This document shows positions 58,366-64,000 of a DNA stretch of 64,000 nt, one piece after another. Position numbers and translations under genes: made by a program. The notes under the pieces were generated by a model. It saw nothing but the letters and a program-made list of their open reading frames with translations, ran no database searches and was not told where the DNA came from. Source of the DNA: Dudresnaya verticillata (lineage: Eukaryota); contig OZ374557.1 in assembly GCA_977862235.1 (NCBI GenBank), positions 3,472,001-3,536,000 of the forward strand, written 5' to 3'. Within the stretch, counting starts at the first letter, position 1. Every line of letters begins with the position of its first letter.

Positions 58366-58981
58366 TCACATATATCATCTGCACACCGCGTTGCCGAGAC
58401 TCTAGTATCGAACAACTGTGCCGTGGTCTCCGGGAGGGAGCGTTTTCAGAAAGACAATACCGAGCTGCAGGAGTGACGCCCCGGACGCCCGTGGCGCAGA
58501 CGGATGGCACAAGCACAGAGAGACAAGGGGCCGCATGAGGCGTTCAAACCGCGCCGGGTATGGGCCAGGGGCACTGTACGCAATGCTCTGTGCGCAGGAC
58601 GCAAGGCGTTGGCCCTCACCACAGTTGAGCAGTATCTTACGGGTAGTCAAAGCAGATGCTCTCGCTGCACTGCTTCGTTCGCCGCGAAGCGTACGGATTG
58701 GGAAGCCGCGGTTTCAGGAAATTGTGAATCGCCCAAGCCGCGAGGCACTGCTGTGCAAAAATAATCAGCAAATTGCAAAGCAGATAGAGACCTTTTCGTT
58801 TGCACACGAGGGCTGTTGAAAAGGCATCCTGACCGTGACACAATTGTTGGGCTGCCGAAACTAAATACTTTACCCGCTTTTGAAGCATACTGGGCGGTGA
58901 CCGACTGAGAAGGGTGCTTTAGTATGTCTCGTACGCTTGCGTCGTGAATACTTTGCGACCTACCATTAAATGAGCATCTAG

Positions 58982-60442
58982 CTAGTCGAACGCCGGCTTC
59001 ATTGTAGAAGCTGCCCTTTGCTGCGGGGAGGCCTTCTTCCTATTCTCAACCAGTCTCTCTGCGTATGAGATGTGCGGCGAATTGGGAATATCAATCTCGG
59101 AAGCTGCGCCCGTCCTATCTGTTGCAGAGTAGGAGGCTCCAGAATCGCGACTGGGAGACCAAATGTTTGGCAACGTGTAATTTCCTACCTTCTCCTCACC
59201 CATAGATCCCCTAGCAGCAGTGGGTGAAGAAGTAAATTGCTTTCTTTCGGCCTCTCGCGCTACTGAGAACAGGTTCCATGGCCCCACATAAGGGTCTGTT
59301 TCACAAATCGTTTTCCCAGCAATGGGAAGAACATACTCCTCTATAACGGATCCATCCGGTCCGTATAAAACTGCAGCCCCAAGATTTCCAGAGTTCGGTC
59401 CATGAGTTGAAACGACAATTTCCCCGTTTTCAACCTGAACAGCAAGAGAGAGAAAAAGAATAAGCATTTCTGGCCGTCATCGTTAGAACAAAGAAGCCCG
59501 CTTTAACGAAATATTGCAAAGGTGTTGTGTATACAGTTATGGCAGCGCAGTCCGTTCGTGGAATGTGCAAGTTGGACGCACCTGATAGCCCTCCCCAATC
59601 AAGGCTGCCACAGGGTACTGTACCTCTCTGAAGAAGTTGAGCAGTGTCGTTCTCATACGTGCTAGCTCTCCTGTACTTACAGACCCGTAAAACTATGATG
59701 ACGAACATGGAAAAGGAATTCAAGTCAGTTCAAGCGGGCAATATTGATCGGTTGGCAATGCGAAAGAATGGCGACTGTAGCACGCACCACACTGAACTCA
59801 TCCTTCAACCGTGACATCTCGCTGTGAAGTTTCTCGGACTTGAAAATTGCTCGCACTTCTCGCAATTTATCCTCCGTAACAGAAAGCAATTCCGAAAGTC
59901 TACTGCACCGAACAACTTGCACTTTGACTGCCATTAGTGCCACACGAAAGATCTACACAGAATGATCGTCCCATACTGGAACAATGGAAAGGTCAGCACG
60001 CATTCCGCATTCCGCATTCCACTTCAATTCTAGGCCATCTTGGTTGGAAACAAACCCTAAACGCATGTCTACACGCTATACCTTTTCAAAGTTGTCACTT
60101 GATATGAGCAGCATCTTGTGTTCTAGACACGACTTAAAAACCTGTGATAGTTGTTCGAGTGAAAATAGCCTTCGAGGCGCGAAAAGCCCCTCCAGCGCTT
60201 CTAGTAGTTGTCTTGAGACCTCTTCAAAGACTGCGACTCGGACAAATATCGATATGGTTAGGGAATTGTATCGCGGCAAGCAGCGTGATTGATTGTTACG
60301 AGAATTCCAGCTTACCTTCCGTGCAAACTCGCTCGTGAATTGATTTGTTTCGGACTTGATCTCGCAGACGGTGGTCCAGCAAGAAGAGGATTTCAGCGCT
60401 CATGTTAATCATTTGGAACGGCGTGCCCAGCAGAGAAGTCAT
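58982..60442 (-). CDS. OSCP1: OSCP1-like protein, 5 exons (60442-60316, 60230-60082, 59952-59788, 59692-59582, 59434-58982)
   Basis: PFQMINMSAEILFLLDHRLRDQ, FEK|IFRVALMAVKVQV and YGSVSTGELARMRTTLLNFF match OSCP1 motifs. All four introns are GT-AG and in phase. Confidence 0.85.
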
Positions 60443-60882
60443 TCCGTAATGTCAAGCAAAGTTCCACAGTCAGTGTCCTTACGAAGGCTGGACCCCTTTC
60501 CGTCCACAGTACAGTATCACACACAGCTGGAGCAAGTAGGCAGTATGCGCAGTTCGCGCTCCGGAACGACCATGGACAGCGGGACTCAAACGGTTCTGCC
60601 TGCACAAGAAAAGATATCGCTGCACCGGCTAAGATGCAGCAGGTCAGAGATCGGTGACGTGTCAATCAAATGCCAAGTTCCACTCTCCTGAGATTGTTGC
60701 GGAAACTGCAGAAACTCTCTCTTTCCGCTTCCTCTCCGCGCGTTACAATACTGTGACTGTCGCGCCCCAATCCGGTTGTGCTGGTGCTGTACGTGTTGAT
60801 CATGCTTTCGGTGGGAGGTCGGCAAAGTTAGGATGGACCTCTCGATAGTTTCCGTGACCGCAAGGTACTGTGTCTGAAAACC

Positions 60883-61959
60883 ATGTCTTCTCTAATCGCC
60901 GTTCCATTCCAAGTTCTTGCCACGACGTGCGAGGTATTCTTTATCCTCGAAAACAAACTCCGTATCCAAAAGGACAATTTCAATGTGCCGCCTCTCAAAT
61001 GTGATTCCATCATGGAGGATGTTCTGGAAAAAGTCTTCGCCCAGATGAAACCGGAAGAAATGTTCAAGAAGCGCAAAGCGCTTACCTCGGATGAGCTTCG
61101 AACATTCTTCGCAGTTGTAGATGACCATGGTTCATTGCAGTTTGAGGCCGATAGTTTCGAAAAGGTATGAGGCCGTACAGAACTATTGCAAAACGAGTGT
61201 GTGCGCGCGTATACTAACTGCTGAAGTTGAACGGCTGATGGCAAAAGTTGTTTAAGGTTGCTTGCATGGCTGTCAAGGTGCAGATCGCTCGTTTAGACGG
61301 TGCAGATGACTTGCTTCACACCCTGAGCAGGAAAATGCTTCTACTGCAGCAACTTTTCAGCAATGTTCATACCAAAGCTGAGATTAGCCGGAAGAGAAAT
61401 GCTGCCTTTCTGTTTTATCAATCGTTGAGCACAGCCGAGCTCGGGAGGGTTCGTAACTCGGTGTTGAACAGCTTGCGGAACATGAGCTTTCCAGTTTCGC
61501 TGTTTATTAATGAGGGGCTGCAATTAGCGTCTGGACATGTAGCCCCTCGCACGACAGGCCCGAATGGTAGCAATCTCGGCGTTCAACGAGTTTTTAACGT
61601 CAATAGTGGAAGTGTTGAGAAGGAGAATAAGCTATCCCTTGCAGAAGCGAAGAAAGCACGAGAGGGGTATCCTTATGATCTCACTGCTGAAAACTTGTAA
61701 GGAATTGCACAGCGAGTTGAGAATGCGCGCTCGTTGCACTTTGGACTAACGCCTCAGCGTGACAAGTTTAATTTGATTTTCTTTTCTCACGCCGATGCGG
61801 CTGCCGATGCCTCCTCTGGAAATGCTGTTCAGGTTCAACGTTGACAGAATTGCTGCCTCGAAAAGGAAGGGAGAGGAAGAAGGAGCCCCCGACGAAGAGT
61901 ATTACAGTCTCTCAACCGACATTGGCGATGATATTCTTTTCACTGCGGGAACAGTTTGA
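60883..61959 (+). CDS. OSCP1: OSCP1-like protein, paralog, 3 exons (60883-61164, 61248-61696, 61833-61959)
   Basis: PFQVLATTCEVFFILENKLRIQ, FEK|LFKVACMAVKVQI, YQSLSTAELGRVR and PVSLFINEGLQ. TACTAAC branch site at 61212. The last exon is less certain. Confidence 0.85.
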
Positions 61960-62666
61960 TCTACACGCTGATCATCACGTTCCAGCTGCAGGCGATCTCT
62001 AAACTTTAATGGAGTTTGACGTAATGAGAGGACGTAAAAGCGCAGTAATGGCACTGAGCGAATAAATAGAGAGTAACCGATGGAGCCACGACGCGGGAAT
62101 GACGCTCTTTTCTGCTCTGTTCTGGTTCATTCGGATTCTTCAGTGTGACATGCTTGCATGTCGCGTGGTGCCTGATTGATTTGCCTTCTCTCTTGGGCGC
62201 AGTAATGCTAATTCACTGCAGCGCCCGTGGCACAGAGTTCCGTGCCCATGTCGAGCATCACAGCTTTGTTCTGGCGTCGTTGGAAATAGTGTTCAAGGAC
62301 TTTCCACACCTGCCTGTCCCAGAGAGCTGGAACAAGAGTGTGAAATGTACTGGCTTGGAATCAACACTTTCCGTACTTGCAAAGGGCTTGCGGGTATGAA
62401 AACCAGAAAACCAGTCTCACTGAACCATGAATCATTTACATGAGCAAAGCACAGGAAAGCACACACTAGGCTACGGCTGAGCAGAGCACCTGTACTCGAT
62501 CACCAAGACACTACAATACTACGAAGGGCATACGGGTCACGGCCTGTAGCCGCGAAGCACAAAAAAAAGAATCACGGCATGATGAACAGTCGATAGAACA
62601 TGACCGGACCGGACGGACTCTGCAATTGTACATGTAGAGGTTTCCAAACCGTGACAGAAAAAGTGC

Positions 62667-62969
62667 TTACTCCATTGCTTCCGGAGTCGGGGTCGGGGTA
62701 CGTCGGACCTTGCCGCAAATGAAGCCGCGACGACGCGGGGCCGGACGGTTACGGCACCTCTTGACCGTGCAGAAACCTTCCTTGCCACGGCAGTCCCTGC
62801 GAGCCTTCCTCCTGGCCCTCCGGCCAACACGGCACTTGCTCATGCAACGGACGCGCTGACGAATGGCTTCGATCGCGGTGTCCTCGTTCTCGTTGCCAAC
62901 GTTGACAGAGAGAGCGAAGGCTGCAGCCACGAGGGCCAGAAGCGTGAAGAAGAAAAGCGACTTGCTCAT
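62667..62969 (-). CDS. Small secreted cationic six-cysteine protein (100 aa)
   Basis: Signal peptide MSKSLFFFTLLALVAAAFA, an acidic spacer, then an Arg/Lys-rich domain with 6 Cys. Confidence 0.8.
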   Translation of the reverse strand: MSKSLFFFTLLALVAAAFALSVNVGNENEDTAIEAIRQRVRCMSKCRVGRRARRKARRDCRGKEGFCTVKRCRNRPAPRRRGFICGKVRRTPTPTPEAME

Positions 62970-64000
62970 TGTTGACGAAGACGGATTTGTCGGCGGAAGT
63001 CGGGTAGTCAAGAATGCTGCGGGCGATAGGAAGAGAATGTGGGCGCGCTTACGCTGGGCTCGATCGGCTTAAGTAGCGAGAAATTGGGGCGCGCAAGCAT
63101 GTTGCAGATGGCGGTTAAGGTTCTGGAAGCGCTGGGAAGTGCGGCAGTTGACGGGCGGGTGGGCAGATTCTGATTCACCGGGGCAGTCAGGCTGAGAGGG
63201 AAAATCTTGGGTGGCAGCTTGCTTGCTGATGTCAAACGTTGCGCATCCATCAGGATCAGGCCGTCGTCGCGCTGCTGCGGCGGTTGACAGTGCGGCGTTT
63301 GGACGGGGAAGGCGGTGTCGGGGTAGACACCCACGGGCTTAGGAGAGAAAATGCTGACCGCAATCTCATCGGAATCTGTAAAGACCAAGTGTGGGCGGCG
63401 GTGGCAGTGAGCCACGCAGAGCGACTGGATGGCTGCCGTGAGATGTTTGTGTCACTTTTTTGGGTCAAGTTGATGCAATCTATAGTGCTTGTAAGGCCAC
63501 GCAAGCGGCAAGCGTGGGCGCAATAAGCGCCAAGATCGGCAGCGCGGCTGGCAGTAGCGCGCAATAGCGCCGCGTTTGCGGCGTTTTGGGCGCTTGTTTG
63601 ACGGCAACTGCGAGCGCCCAGGCGCAAATCACCGGCAGGTCTGCAACATTGCGCTTCGTTGGCGTTCTACGTACCACGCGCTGCCTGCCGCGCGGCGCAG
63701 CCGTTGGACGGCCTCCTTCGCGCGCGCGCACGCGCGCACGGCCCCCGCGCGAATCACGGCTCGCTGTCATCCTCGGGAGAGGTGCGCGGTCCTCTGCGTG
63801 GTGCAGCGCGGCGCCGCGCCGCTTGGCGTCCGTCCCACGCCCGCGGAGCACGGCCTGTGCACACACGCCAAGCAGCCTTCTTCATTCGCCCGTGGCACAA
63901 ACAATTGGTTGCTTGCCGCCACGGAACGTCCCGCGGGGCAACCGCTGCAAGTGTGCACGCGCACGCCGGCGCTAATTGTCATCTTTGTAGATATTGCACT

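Overview
Eukaryotic nuclear DNA. The compact genes, short GT-AG introns with CTAAC/CTGAC branch points and GC-rich Gypsy clusters suggest a florideophyte red alga, but that is inference. The left ~34 kb is a nest of transposons. Two partial minus-strand Ty3/Gypsy elements occupy 1-8759. A ~10-kb Mutator-like element (MULE; TIRs 10395-10581 and 33739-33933) carries a decayed transposase, a Ulp1-like peptidase and a convergent RGG/RDYRG-repeat cargo gene. It is interrupted by a structurally complete but pseudogenised 13.4-kb chromovirus (19983-33389, TSD CACAT). That chromovirus has a long antisense accessory ORF, a tRNA-Tyr-type PBS, a conserved -1 frameshift signal and a strong excess of TCGA-centred palindromes/hairpins. 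The right ~30 kb is host genes: a GATA factor, a RING-less NSE1, two paralogous unknown membrane proteins, a MYDGF homolog, WDHD1/Ctf4, an O-fucosyltransferase, GFAT, a FEX fluoride exporter, a head-to-head pair of OSCP1-like genes and a small secreted cationic six-Cys protein. All assignments come from reading motifs by eye; no database search was run.
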